Source of the DNA: Mitsuokella multacida | GTDB taxonomy: Bacteria > Bacillota > Negativicutes > Selenomonadales > Selenomonadaceae | Length of the DNA stretch: 64,000 nucleotides | Direction: 5' to 3' | Assembly: GCA_047831595.1 (NCBI GenBank) | Contig: CP181253.1 | Coordinates: 1,555,112-1,619,111, forward strand | In this document: positions 8,091-16,418 of the stretch, one piece after another | How positions within the stretch are numbered: the first letter of the stretch is position 1 | Layout of the letters: every line of letters starts with the position of its first letter | Notes under the pieces: model-generated | What the model was told of the DNA's origin: nothing | The model's database searches: none | Seen by the model: the letters and a program-made list of their open reading frames with translations, nothing else | Made by a program: the position numbers and the translations under genes

Positions 8091-8972
8091 TTACATATCT
8101 TTCGTGATTTCCTTCAAATAATCAATGAGCATGCGTTCATCCTCATAGAGCTGACGGCCTTTCTTCGTGACGATGCCCGAATTGATGTAAAACGGTTTAT
8201 CCAAGGGAATGGCCACGAGATTTTCCCTGGGCAGCACGGCCTGACGGGCCAAAAATGTCGAGCAGATGCCCTGTTCCACAAGATTCTTGATGGTATGAAG
8301 ATACGGGGAAAGATGGATGATATTGGGCTTGCATTTATTCGCCATGAACAGGTCATGGACCATGCGGTAAATGAAATAATGGCTGTCCAGCATGACAAGC
8401 GGTTCATCAGCAAAATCAGCGAACGACACGGATTTTCGTTTGGCCAGTGGATGGTCTGGATAAGTCACAAAGCAGCATTCACAGTCGTAGAGTTTTTGAT
8501 AAACGAGTTTCTGGCTGAAGCCCGTCGTGTAATTTGTCAGAGCAATATCGAGTTTTTCTTCTTCGACCATCTGCAGGGCAGAGACGCCGCCAGATTCGAT
8601 GATCTCGAGTTTGATTTGCGGATGTGCGAGACGGAACTCCCCTAAAATGCGCGGCAAAAAGCGCGTGCCAATCTGCAGGGGCAGAGCCATGCGTATGTGA
8701 TTGCGGTTATGCGCCATGTCCTGAATTTCCGTCTCGAGCTGGTCCATTTGGCTTAAAATGTGGTTGACCTTGCTAAGTAATTTACTTCCTTCCGAAGTCA
8801 TAACCAGCTTGCGGCCTTCACGATGGAAAAGATTCAATCCTGTCTCTTCCTCGAGCGTCCGCATTGCCACGCTGATGGTCGGCTGCGAAACATGGAGATG
8901 TTCTGCCGCCTTCGTGATGTTCTGCCATCGGCACACTTCATAAAAATAACGCATCTGCGTCAACGTCATCAT
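8091..8972 (-). CDS. LysR-family transcriptional regulator
   Basis: The N-terminal HTH reads MMTLTQMRYFYEVCRWQNITKAAEHLHVSQPTISVAMRTLEEETG. The start is set at ATG 8972 (AAGGTGA RBS); the ORF track start at 9002 is also possible. Confidence 0.85.
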   Translation of the reverse strand: MMTLTQMRYFYEVCRWQNITKAAEHLHVSQPTISVAMRTLEEETGLNLFHREGRKLVMTSEGSKLLSKVNHILSQMDQLETEIQDMAHNRNHIRMALPLQIGTRFLPRILGEFRLAHPQIKLEIIESGGVSALQMVEEEKLDIALTNYTTGFSQKLVYQKLYDCECCFVTYPDHPLAKRKSVSFADFADEPLVMLDSHYFIYRMVHDLFMANKCKPNIIHLSPYLHTIKNLVEQGICSTFLARQAVLPRENLVAIPLDKPFYINSGIVTKKGRQLYEDERMLIDYLKEITKDM

Positions 8973-9091
8973 ATCTATATCACCTTTCATGCTATGATCC
9001 AATAAACTGTAAACTATGCTTACGTTATATCTCAGTATAGCATAAAGCTATGATAAATGTATGTAAGAAAAAGCATATGGAATGGCATAAA

Positions 9092-9130
9092 AAAACTTCC
9101 CGAGCCACGGACATCGAGAAGTTTTTATCA
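9092..9130 (-). terminator. Terminator after the tannase gene
   Basis: Minus-strand hairpin AAAACTTC-N18-GAAGTTTT followed by TTTTTA. Confidence 0.55.
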
Positions 9131-9137
9131 CCTTGAT

Positions 9138-10895
9138 TTATTTGGTTTTCGGCGCCTTGCAGATGCTGTCTGCCCAGTCGAAGAGTTCCGTAAGGTCATA
9201 ATCTCCGGCGTGGCCCTTGCCCCACGGCGAAGCAAAGTCAACATCATAACCGTGGTTCGCCAGTGTCAGGGCGAGAATGGCCGGAATGGCCAGTGCCGTA
9301 TCACGGTCCTTCGCGCCGTGGCGGATACGCCAGTGCGGGGCCACGGTCACATTCTTCGCACCGATGAAATACAGCGGATTCATGCGGCGGATATCATCCC
9401 AAGTCGCCATCTTGGCTCCCGGCGTCGTATCACGCGTCAGCGAAAAGCCCGTGAAATGGCGCGGCGTATTGTCCGTCGTGCCGAACTCATCATTTTCTCC
9501 AGAGCTGCAGTCAAATTTATCGAAAGCCGGTGCCGCCTTGAGACGCGTTGCCCACGCCGCGTATTTCGCGAGGTCCACATCTTTGACATTGCCGTCTTCA
9601 ATAGTCAGCCAGTCAAGGTCCGAAAGGTCCTCGCCGGCATCAAGTGCAGACTGGGCAGAAGCCGCGTAGACCGACTTGATGTAATCGGCAAAACTGCCCG
9701 TGCCGTCATCATTGAGCGTAAGGGCTCTGCCGTCCTTATCCTTGAGGTTCAGACTGTTGACATACGCAGGGAACAGTGCCTTGAGCTGTTCTGACGCCGT
9801 AATCTCAGCGGCCGTCATCGGCGTGGCCTCAGCATTTTCCTGCGGTGCATTATCCGGCCGGTTCGTCACAGCCTCTCCTGCAGCATCTTCTGACGTCGGC
9901 TGAACGACAGGCCCCGGTCCCATGGGGATGAGCGTATCCCCGGCTTTGAGGAACGCCGGCATCTGCCCCGGCTGCATCGGAATCATCGGACTGCCGCCGG
10001 CACGCTGATAAGCTTCATTGACACCATTGAACATCCACTCATAGGCCATATCCGCATGGTCGAGGTTCGTGATGGGGCAGTAAGCCATCGAAGCAAAAAT
10101 ATCGTCGCGTTCATTTGCTGCACCAATGGCCTTGAGCTCAGCATTGTATTCTTTGCTGTTGCCCGTCGCACCGAGCAGGGCCGACAAAGCGCCGCCTGCA
10201 CTCGTGCCGTCCGAGATTATCTTATCCGTATCGCCGGCAGGCAGACGGTGGCGGTTATAACGCAGATAACGCACAGACGCTTTATAGTCGACAATCAGCG
10301 CGGGGGCTTTGCCTACGTATGTTTTGCCATCATCGCCGACCGTCGTGCGGCCGCGGATAGCCGGCGCTGCGACAACATAGCCTTTCGAAAGTGCAACAAG
10401 CGCAGCATTCGCCCCGCCGGACATGCGGTCCTTATCACTCGGCTCCGTAATCCGGCCCGGCATATAGCCGCCCACGCCGTTCGGCAGGAAAATCGGCGCG
10501 TTTTTGGCCGTATAGCCGTTAACGGTGCCGCCCTTAGTAAAATATTCCTCAGGAATGAAGATGCTCATGGATTCCGACGCCACTGAAGCAGGTTTCGAAA
10601 CATAAGGAATATTGCGGTAAGCACGGAACGCCACCGCCTGCCCATTGAGCTGCAGCGTTTCCTTCGTGTAATTCTTAGCATTGAACTTCAGGCTGTATTT
10701 CTGCTGTTTCTGAGTTTTCCCAGCGGTCTGCGTTTTGGCAGCCGTCTGTGCTGCCGCCGTTCCCGACGTCACCACAGTTTTGGCCGCGGCCTGTGTCTGC
10801 GTATCGGCGGCAGCGGCCTGCGTCGTTCCCGACGCGAAGGGAACAGTCAGCGCACTGACTGCCAGCATGGTCAAAACGGATTTCTTCAGATTCAT
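9138..10895 (-). CDS. Secreted tannase (tannin acyl hydrolase, bacterial TanA/TanB type alpha/beta hydrolase)
   Basis: There is a signal peptide (MNLKKSVLTMLAVSALTVPFASGTTQAAAA). Long colinear similarity to my recollection of Lactobacillus plantarum tannase: NGYT.KNAPIFLPNGVGGY, RGRTTV, DGTSAGGALSALLGATGNS (nucleophile Ser), CPITNLDHADMAYEW, HWRIRHGA.DRDT, GDYDL. The start is ATG 10895 (GAGGAC RBS). Confidence 0.8.
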   Translation of the reverse strand: MNLKKSVLTMLAVSALTVPFASGTTQAAAADTQTQAAAKTVVTSGTAAAQTAAKTQTAGKTQKQQKYSLKFNAKNYTKETLQLNGQAVAFRAYRNIPYVSKPASVASESMSIFIPEEYFTKGGTVNGYTAKNAPIFLPNGVGGYMPGRITEPSDKDRMSGGANAALVALSKGYVVAAPAIRGRTTVGDDGKTYVGKAPALIVDYKASVRYLRYNRHRLPAGDTDKIISDGTSAGGALSALLGATGNSKEYNAELKAIGAANERDDIFASMAYCPITNLDHADMAYEWMFNGVNEAYQRAGGSPMIPMQPGQMPAFLKAGDTLIPMGPGPVVQPTSEDAAGEAVTNRPDNAPQENAEATPMTAAEITASEQLKALFPAYVNSLNLKDKDGRALTLNDDGTGSFADYIKSVYAASAQSALDAGEDLSDLDWLTIEDGNVKDVDLAKYAAWATRLKAAPAFDKFDCSSGENDEFGTTDNTPRHFTGFSLTRDTTPGAKMATWDDIRRMNPLYFIGAKNVTVAPHWRIRHGAKDRDTALAIPAILALTLANHGYDVDFASPWGKGHAGDYDLTELFDWADSICKAPKTK

Positions 10896-10988
10896 ATCAT
10901 CCCGTCCTCTCAAATACTCATTGCTTTCATTATATCATGGATAGCGTGCAGGTTCATGCTTAGCCTCCAGCGGAGAAGCCATAATAAT

Positions 10989-11018
10989 AAAACCGCCATC
11001 ACGCGGATGGCGGTTTTC
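10989..11018 (-). terminator. Terminator downstream of the disrupted small-protein gene
   Basis: AAAACCGCCATC-N4-GATGGCGGTTTT with a T-tract on the minus strand. Confidence 0.7.
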
Positions 11019-11337
11019 TGTTCTCAGTCGAAGTTACTCTGCACTTTTATGATACACCTATCAAAGACCTTTGGCGAGGGCACTGGCAATCGCTGCTGTC
11101 GTGATGGCGTTTGTCACGACCGAAGACGTATCTGACTTTTTCTTCGGCGCCTTTTTCTCTGCCTGCGGTGCCTTAATATCCTGTGCCGGAGCCTTGGCTT
11201 CCGGTGCGTTCTTGTCCTTGTCAGCGGCTGGCTCAGCCTTTTTCTGCTTATCACTTACAGCAGGCTGGTTCTTGTCCGGTGCATTTTTATCAACGTTCTT
11301 ATTGCTCTTGTTATCCCTATTGCCGTTGATATTTTTG

Positions 11338-12558
11338 GGATAATTGCAAGTGCAAATTGAACAGTTGTTTTAATCAAGAACATTTCTCAATAGCATAGAC
11401 TTCATCGAGAAAATGGTCGAAGAGCTCTGCTGGAGTGTGATATCCCAGAATACGGCGTGGACGCTGGTTTAGCTCGTCCGCGATGCTCAGAACATCTTCA
11501 TCACTGTAGCATTCGATCGATGTCCCTTTGGGGATGTAATCCCGCAGGAGGCCATTGTGCCGCTCGTTCTGAGGACGTTCCCATGAGCTGTACGGGTGCG
11601 TGAAATAGATCTTCGTGCCAAGCTGCTCATACTGAGAGAATGTCTCAAATTCCGGGCCGTTATCAGCTGTCATCGTCTTGAAGACCTTGCTGAATTTCTC
11701 ATCACCGAACTCCTCGCGCAGTTTCGTCATAGCGACCTCTACACCGGCGCTGGTTCGCCCTGGGACGCGGATGGCGATAAACTCACGTAGCACCTTTTCC
11801 ACAGCCGTGAAGATGACTGCCTCGCGCCCCTGACGTCGACCAACGACTGTGTCCACTTCCCAATGACCAATCTCTGTGCCAGCAGCTGCAATCGCAGGAC
11901 GCTCCTCTATACTGCGCCCGAGCATACGCTTATTCTTGCGGTTCCACTTTCTGTGCTTCTTCCGTCCTAAGGCATGAGGCAGATCGAAGAGCGAGAGCGG
12001 CAGTTTGTTAGCCCACAGCATATTGTAGAGTGTCTTGGTGCAAGGGATGGTTCGGCCGGGGAATGACTTCATCAGCCGCGCAGCACCGACGCATCCATCA
12101 ATCGACCAACGGTCCTTACGGATGCGCTCGCACATCCACTGGATGAATGGTTCGCAATCATCGCGATCAATCTTGCAGGGGCGTTTGGAGCGCTTGCGGT
12201 TCGCCGCGTAGGCTTCCTGTCCACGTTTGGCAGTATATCCAGGAATGCGGCCGCGATTGCTCTTGCGAGGTGGTGTGCCGCGCTTCAGTTCATAGTAGAT
12301 GGTCGTATGGGCGCAGCCAACACTCTTAGCGATACCACGCAAGGACATCCCCTCCTTATGCAGAGCTTGGATCATCCCTCGTTCAGCGAGCGTGAGATGA
12401 CTTCCTGATTTACGAACAGCTTCATCTGTGTTAAACTGGTTCTGATCCATAACGATACTCCTTTGTTAGTGATTGTTTTTGCAAAACCATTTTAACATAG
12501 GAAGTCGCTATGGATTTTTGTTTTTGATTAACTGTTCAACTTCATTTTACAACGAACC
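11338..12558 (-). mobile_element. IS30-family insertion sequence, copy 1 (1221 bp)
   Basis: Ends are GGATAATTGCAAGTGCAAATTGAACAGTT.. and ..AACTGTTCAACTTCATTTTACAACGAACC, imperfect IRs of about 30 bp with a TTGAACAGTT core. It is flanked by the 13-bp direct repeat GTTGATATTTTTG (11325..11337 and 12559..12571). Confidence 0.9.
11374..12450 (-). CDS. IS30-family DDE transposase
   Basis: 358 aa. N-terminal HTH (LTLAERGMIQALHKEGMSLRGIAKSVGCAHTTIYYEL) and a DDE core (HWEVDTV..TADNGPEF..PYSSWERPQNERHNGLLR). Identical to the other two copies. Confidence 0.9.
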   Translation of the reverse strand: MDQNQFNTDEAVRKSGSHLTLAERGMIQALHKEGMSLRGIAKSVGCAHTTIYYELKRGTPPRKSNRGRIPGYTAKRGQEAYAANRKRSKRPCKIDRDDCEPFIQWMCERIRKDRWSIDGCVGAARLMKSFPGRTIPCTKTLYNMLWANKLPLSLFDLPHALGRKKHRKWNRKNKRMLGRSIEERPAIAAAGTEIGHWEVDTVVGRRQGREAVIFTAVEKVLREFIAIRVPGRTSAGVEVAMTKLREEFGDEKFSKVFKTMTADNGPEFETFSQYEQLGTKIYFTHPYSSWERPQNERHNGLLRDYIPKGTSIECYSDEDVLSIADELNQRPRRILGYHTPAELFDHFLDEVYAIEKCS

Positions 12559-12881
12559 GTTGATATTTTTGTCCGGCGCATTCTTGTCATTTTTGTCATT
12601 CACATTGACATTCTTATAGTTCCTGTCATTCTGGTCCGCGCGGTTTTTGGACTGTTCTGCTGCCGGAGCCGGCGTCTGATTTTTGACCTGCTGCTCATTC
12701 TGATAATACGCCGGCGCCGCAGCTGCCTGCACGGACGATGCCGTCATCAGGCCGGCCGCGCCAAAGCTCATAAGACCAGCCAAAGCAAAGGCCATGCGTT
12801 TCTGCCAGATTTTCTTCATCATGATGGAATCCCTCTTCTTTCATCTCTTCTCATATATCCTGCTCAGCGAGTACGGCAATA

Positions 12882-13196
12882 TCAGGTGTTTTTCGCAATG
12901 ACTGCGCCGACGATGGCACCAAGGATAGCTGCGGTCGTGACTTCACCGGTCGAATGCGAGCTGCTCGAGCTCTTCTTTGGCGGTTTGCGGTTATGGTCAT
13001 AGCGGCCGCGGTCATCATCACGATGCTGATATTCCCAATTGCGGTCATTCTGCTGCTCGTAGCGCGGCGGCTCGTGGCGCGATGCCGCTTCTGCCGAAAC
13101 GGTCAGCGTCGTACTCGCGATGCCAAAGCTCATAAGGCCGGCCAAGGTAAGGGCCATGCCTTTCTTCCACACGTTTTTGATATTCTGGATTTTCAT
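12882..13196 (-). CDS. Small secreted low-complexity protein with a hydrophobic C-terminal tail (paralog of the disrupted neighbour)
   Basis: 104 aa. Signal peptide MKIQNIKNVWKKGMALTLAGLMSFGIASTTLTVSAEAA, a charged R/D/N/H-rich middle, and the C-terminus GEVTTAAILGAIVGAVIAKNT. Confidence 0.6.
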   Translation of the reverse strand: MKIQNIKNVWKKGMALTLAGLMSFGIASTTLTVSAEAASRHEPPRYEQQNDRNWEYQHRDDDRGRYDHNRKPPKKSSSSSHSTGEVTTAAILGAIVGAVIAKNT

Positions 13197-13323
13197 AAGG
13201 ATCGCTCCCTTCTATTCACTATCGAATCAAGGAGTCTTGCCTTCCTTGATGATGTGCTTATTCTAAAGCAGGGAGCTTGCATTCATTTTAATCTGGCGTT
13301 GGAGTTTCGTTAAATCTTTTTTC

Positions 13324-14184
13324 TCAGAAATGCTCGAGGAAATTCTGCGCAATGACCGACAAATAGCGGTCGCGCGGCCAAATGGCGGCCAGACGCGTAT
13401 AGAGGGATTTTTCCTGAATCGTCTTGAGACGCAGATTGTCATGGGCAGCGAGCGTAAAGGCGGAAAATGGTGCTACAGCAATGCCAAGGCCGGCATTGGC
13501 CCAAAGAATAGTCGTACGTGCATCGTCGTTGAGGCAGCAGACATCCGGTGTAAAATCATGCGCAGCAAATGTGTCGAGCAGAATCTGCTCGAATCTTCGA
13601 TAGAGAATCAGTGGTTTTTCTGCCAGTTCTTCCACGCCAATCTCTTTTTTCTCCGGTGCCCAGTCAAATTCCGGCGTCATCGCCGCAATCATCGGTTCGG
13701 GCGGGCGGTATTTGCAGTTGAAGCGCGAAGCATTGAACGGCGTGCGCACGATGCCAATCTCAATGAGCCCTTTTTCCAGCAGGTTGATGAGCTGATACGT
13801 ATTGCCATCGTGGATTTCAAAATGCACATGGGGAAATTTTTCACGGAACGAATGGATGCCCTTGGTCTGCAGGATATTGCCCGACGACGAGACCGTGCCA
13901 AGCGACAAAGTGCCGCTGAGGCCCTGACGCAGGTCCTGCAGCTCTCTCTTGGTCCGGTCGGCCATGGATAGGAGTTCTTCGGCCCGTTCTGCCAGCATAT
14001 TGCCGGCATCGGTGAGTTCAATATGATGCGGTCCGCGGCGGAAAAGTTGCAGCCCCAGTTCGTCCTCGAGCATCTTCATCTGATTGCTGAGCGGCGGCTG
14101 GGCCATATGCAGCCGTCTCGCGGCCGCCGTAATCTGCCGTTCTTCCACAATAGCCAAAAAATAACGCAGCTGTTTTAAGTCCAT
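13324..14184 (-). CDS. LysR-family transcriptional regulator
   Basis: MDLKQLRYFLAIVEERQITAAARRLHMAQPPLSNQMKMLEDELG HTH, followed by a substrate-binding domain of the expected length. Confidence 0.85.
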   Translation of the reverse strand: MDLKQLRYFLAIVEERQITAAARRLHMAQPPLSNQMKMLEDELGLQLFRRGPHHIELTDAGNMLAERAEELLSMADRTKRELQDLRQGLSGTLSLGTVSSSGNILQTKGIHSFREKFPHVHFEIHDGNTYQLINLLEKGLIEIGIVRTPFNASRFNCKYRPPEPMIAAMTPEFDWAPEKKEIGVEELAEKPLILYRRFEQILLDTFAAHDFTPDVCCLNDDARTTILWANAGLGIAVAPFSAFTLAAHDNLRLKTIQEKSLYTRLAAIWPRDRYLSVIAQNFLEHF

Positions 14185-14215
14185 AATACTACTGTCCTTT
14201 CTCTATATCGCGTCA

Positions 14216-15079
14216 TCAGTCATCGCCCTGACTGCCGTCACACTGCAGGGGAATGCCAATTCGTGTGATATAAGCCCCTTCTTCAGTAGCACTGAGCTCC
14301 TCGATGATACTTTCTTCATAAGAATATGCTCCTGCTTTCAGCTCCGGATGCTCCTGCAGATAGTTTCGTATCCTTTGATACGCTGGCCCTGTCTTCATAT
14401 AATTGCCTCGAAAATAAGTCACAAGATATCGTCCTGCCGGACGCACGGCACAGTTCTCTTTCGAAATGCCGCGCAGGGATTTTGTCGTCACGGTGAAAAA
14501 ACGCGCCAGAATATCACTTTGCCCCGCCATAAAATCTTCACGGGCCACCATGGCGCCAAAGGAATTGCCCGTCGTGAGTTCATGTTCGAGTGTATAGCGC
14601 AGATGCTCCATAATGATGCGTTCCACCTGTGCCTGTTCCCCCTTTTGCACGAGACGGTGTACAGGACGCGAGTAAATGAGATTGGTCTGCGGCCATTCTT
14701 CAATACTGACCTCATCACAGCGGATATCGTGTGCCAGTCTCAGCGTTCGGCGCTGATTGCGCACGATTTCCTTCATATATTTAAGCTTGCGGATTTCGGC
14801 ATCGAGCCACTCTTCCTGCCCCGCTAAAAGAGTTTCCAGTCTTGCCGGACTGCGGTGTTTCATGTAGTCCTTGATTTCGGCAAGGTCCAGCCCCATCTGC
14901 CGCAGCAGCCGAATCATGATAAACGGATAGAATTGGCGCACAGAATAATAACGGTAGCCATTCTCTCCGACGTGGTCTGGGGAAAATATCCCCTGCTCAT
15001 CATAATAATGCAGCGTGCGCTTGTTGACGCCGCAAAGCTTCGCAAATTCTCCCGTGGGAAATGCCAGGCGATGGTCCAT
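14216..15079 (-). CDS. MerR-family regulator with a C-terminal GyrI-like effector-binding domain (BmrR/TipA-like architecture)
   Basis: ORF 14216..15262 trimmed to ATG 15079 (AAGGAGGAGG RBS). MDHRLAFPTGEFAKLCGVNKRTLHYYDEQGIFSPDH is a MerR HTH. The first 61 codons of the track ORF run into the IS30 end and are not genic. Confidence 0.8.
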   Translation of the reverse strand: MDHRLAFPTGEFAKLCGVNKRTLHYYDEQGIFSPDHVGENGYRYYSVRQFYPFIMIRLLRQMGLDLAEIKDYMKHRSPARLETLLAGQEEWLDAEIRKLKYMKEIVRNQRRTLRLAHDIRCDEVSIEEWPQTNLIYSRPVHRLVQKGEQAQVERIIMEHLRYTLEHELTTGNSFGAMVAREDFMAGQSDILARFFTVTTKSLRGISKENCAVRPAGRYLVTYFRGNYMKTGPAYQRIRNYLQEHPELKAGAYSYEESIIEELSATEEGAYITRIGIPLQCDGSQGDD

Positions 15080-15117
15080 ACGATTTTCCTCCTCCTTATT
15101 CCTGTATTTCCTGCTGC

Positions 15118-15148
15118 TTGACTTTACAGTCACTGTATACTTTATGCT
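15118..15148 (+). promoter_or_regulatory. MerR-type promoter with a 19-bp spacer and central dyad
   Basis: TTGACT (15118..15123), a 19-nt spacer, then TATGCT (15143..15148). The spacer contains the 13-bp palindrome TACAGTCACTGTA (15125..15137). The promoter is divergent from the merR-family gene and points toward the MATE gene. Confidence 0.6.
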
Positions 15149-15176
15149 AATTATAGAACATAATTCTGAAAGGATC

Positions 15177-16397
15177 GGTTCGTTGTAAAATGAAGTTGAA
15201 CAGTTAATCAAAAACAAAAATCCATAGCGACTTCCTATGTTAAAATGGTTTTGCAAAAACAATCACTAACAAAGGAGTATCGTTATGGATCAGAACCAGT
15301 TTAACACAGATGAAGCTGTTCGTAAATCAGGAAGTCATCTCACGCTCGCTGAACGAGGGATGATCCAAGCTCTGCATAAGGAGGGGATGTCCTTGCGTGG
15401 TATCGCTAAGAGTGTTGGCTGCGCCCATACGACCATCTACTATGAACTGAAGCGCGGCACACCACCTCGCAAGAGCAATCGCGGCCGCATTCCTGGATAT
15501 ACTGCCAAACGTGGACAGGAAGCCTACGCGGCGAACCGCAAGCGCTCCAAACGCCCCTGCAAGATTGATCGCGATGATTGCGAACCATTCATCCAGTGGA
15601 TGTGCGAGCGCATCCGTAAGGACCGTTGGTCGATTGATGGATGCGTCGGTGCTGCGCGGCTGATGAAGTCATTCCCCGGCCGAACCATCCCTTGCACCAA
15701 GACACTCTACAATATGCTGTGGGCTAACAAACTGCCGCTCTCGCTCTTCGATCTGCCTCATGCCTTAGGACGGAAGAAGCACAGAAAGTGGAACCGCAAG
15801 AATAAGCGTATGCTCGGGCGCAGTATAGAGGAGCGTCCTGCGATTGCAGCTGCTGGCACAGAGATTGGTCATTGGGAAGTGGACACAGTCGTTGGTCGAC
15901 GTCAGGGGCGCGAGGCAGTCATCTTCACGGCTGTGGAAAAGGTGCTACGTGAGTTTATCGCCATCCGCGTCCCAGGGCGAACCAGCGCCGGTGTAGAGGT
16001 CGCTATGACGAAACTGCGCGAGGAGTTCGGTGATGAGAAATTCAGCAAGGTCTTCAAGACGATGACAGCTGATAACGGCCCGGAATTTGAGACATTCTCT
16101 CAGTATGAGCAGCTTGGCACGAAGATCTATTTCACGCACCCGTACAGCTCATGGGAACGTCCTCAGAACGAGCGGCACAATGGCCTCCTGCGGGATTACA
16201 TCCCCAAAGGGACATCGATCGAATGCTACAGTGATGAAGATGTTCTGAGCATCGCGGACGAGCTAAACCAGCGTCCACGCCGTATTCTGGGATATCACAC
16301 TCCAGCAGAGCTCTTCGACCATTTTCTCGATGAAGTCTATGCTATTGAGAAATGTTCTTGATTAAAACAACTGTTCAATTTGCACTTGCAATTATCC
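15177..16397 (+). mobile_element. IS30-family insertion sequence, copy 2 (1221 bp)
   Basis: Same ends as copy 1. It is flanked by the 13-bp direct repeat TTCTGAAAGGATC (15164..15176 and 16398..16410). Confidence 0.9.
15285..16361 (+). CDS. IS30-family DDE transposase
   Basis: The 358-aa protein is identical to those at 11374..12450 and 57847..58923. Confidence 0.9.
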   Translation: MDQNQFNTDEAVRKSGSHLTLAERGMIQALHKEGMSLRGIAKSVGCAHTTIYYELKRGTPPRKSNRGRIPGYTAKRGQEAYAANRKRSKRPCKIDRDDCEPFIQWMCERIRKDRWSIDGCVGAARLMKSFPGRTIPCTKTLYNMLWANKLPLSLFDLPHALGRKKHRKWNRKNKRMLGRSIEERPAIAAAGTEIGHWEVDTVVGRRQGREAVIFTAVEKVLREFIAIRVPGRTSAGVEVAMTKLREEFGDEKFSKVFKTMTADNGPEFETFSQYEQLGTKIYFTHPYSSWERPQNERHNGLLRDYIPKGTSIECYSDEDVLSIADELNQRPRRILGYHTPAELFDHFLDEVYAIEKCS

Positions 16398-16418
16398 TTC
16401 TGAAAGGATCTCGATAAA

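Larger units (their letters stand above)
11061..12822 (-). pseudogene. Small secreted low-complexity protein gene split by the IS30-family insertion
   Basis: The 5' part (12822..12559) encodes a signal peptide, MMKKIWQKRMAFALAGLMSFGAAGLMTASSVQAAAA.., up to ..APDKNIN. Removing the IS and one TSD copy lets the frame continue (11337..11061) as GNRDNKSNKNVDKNAPDKNQ..SSVVTNAITTAAIASALAKGL-stop. Confidence 0.75.

Noticed and set aside
11071-11343. The 90-aa plus-strand ORF with an A/F/L/S-rich repetitive sequence.
   Set aside because: It is the antisense shadow of the 3' fragment of the IS-disrupted small secreted-protein gene.
11338-16397. IS30 copies 1 and 2 plus the intervening genes as a composite transposon.
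   Set aside because: Each IS has its own matching 13-bp duplication, and the outer flanks of the pair do not match each other. The copies inserted independently.
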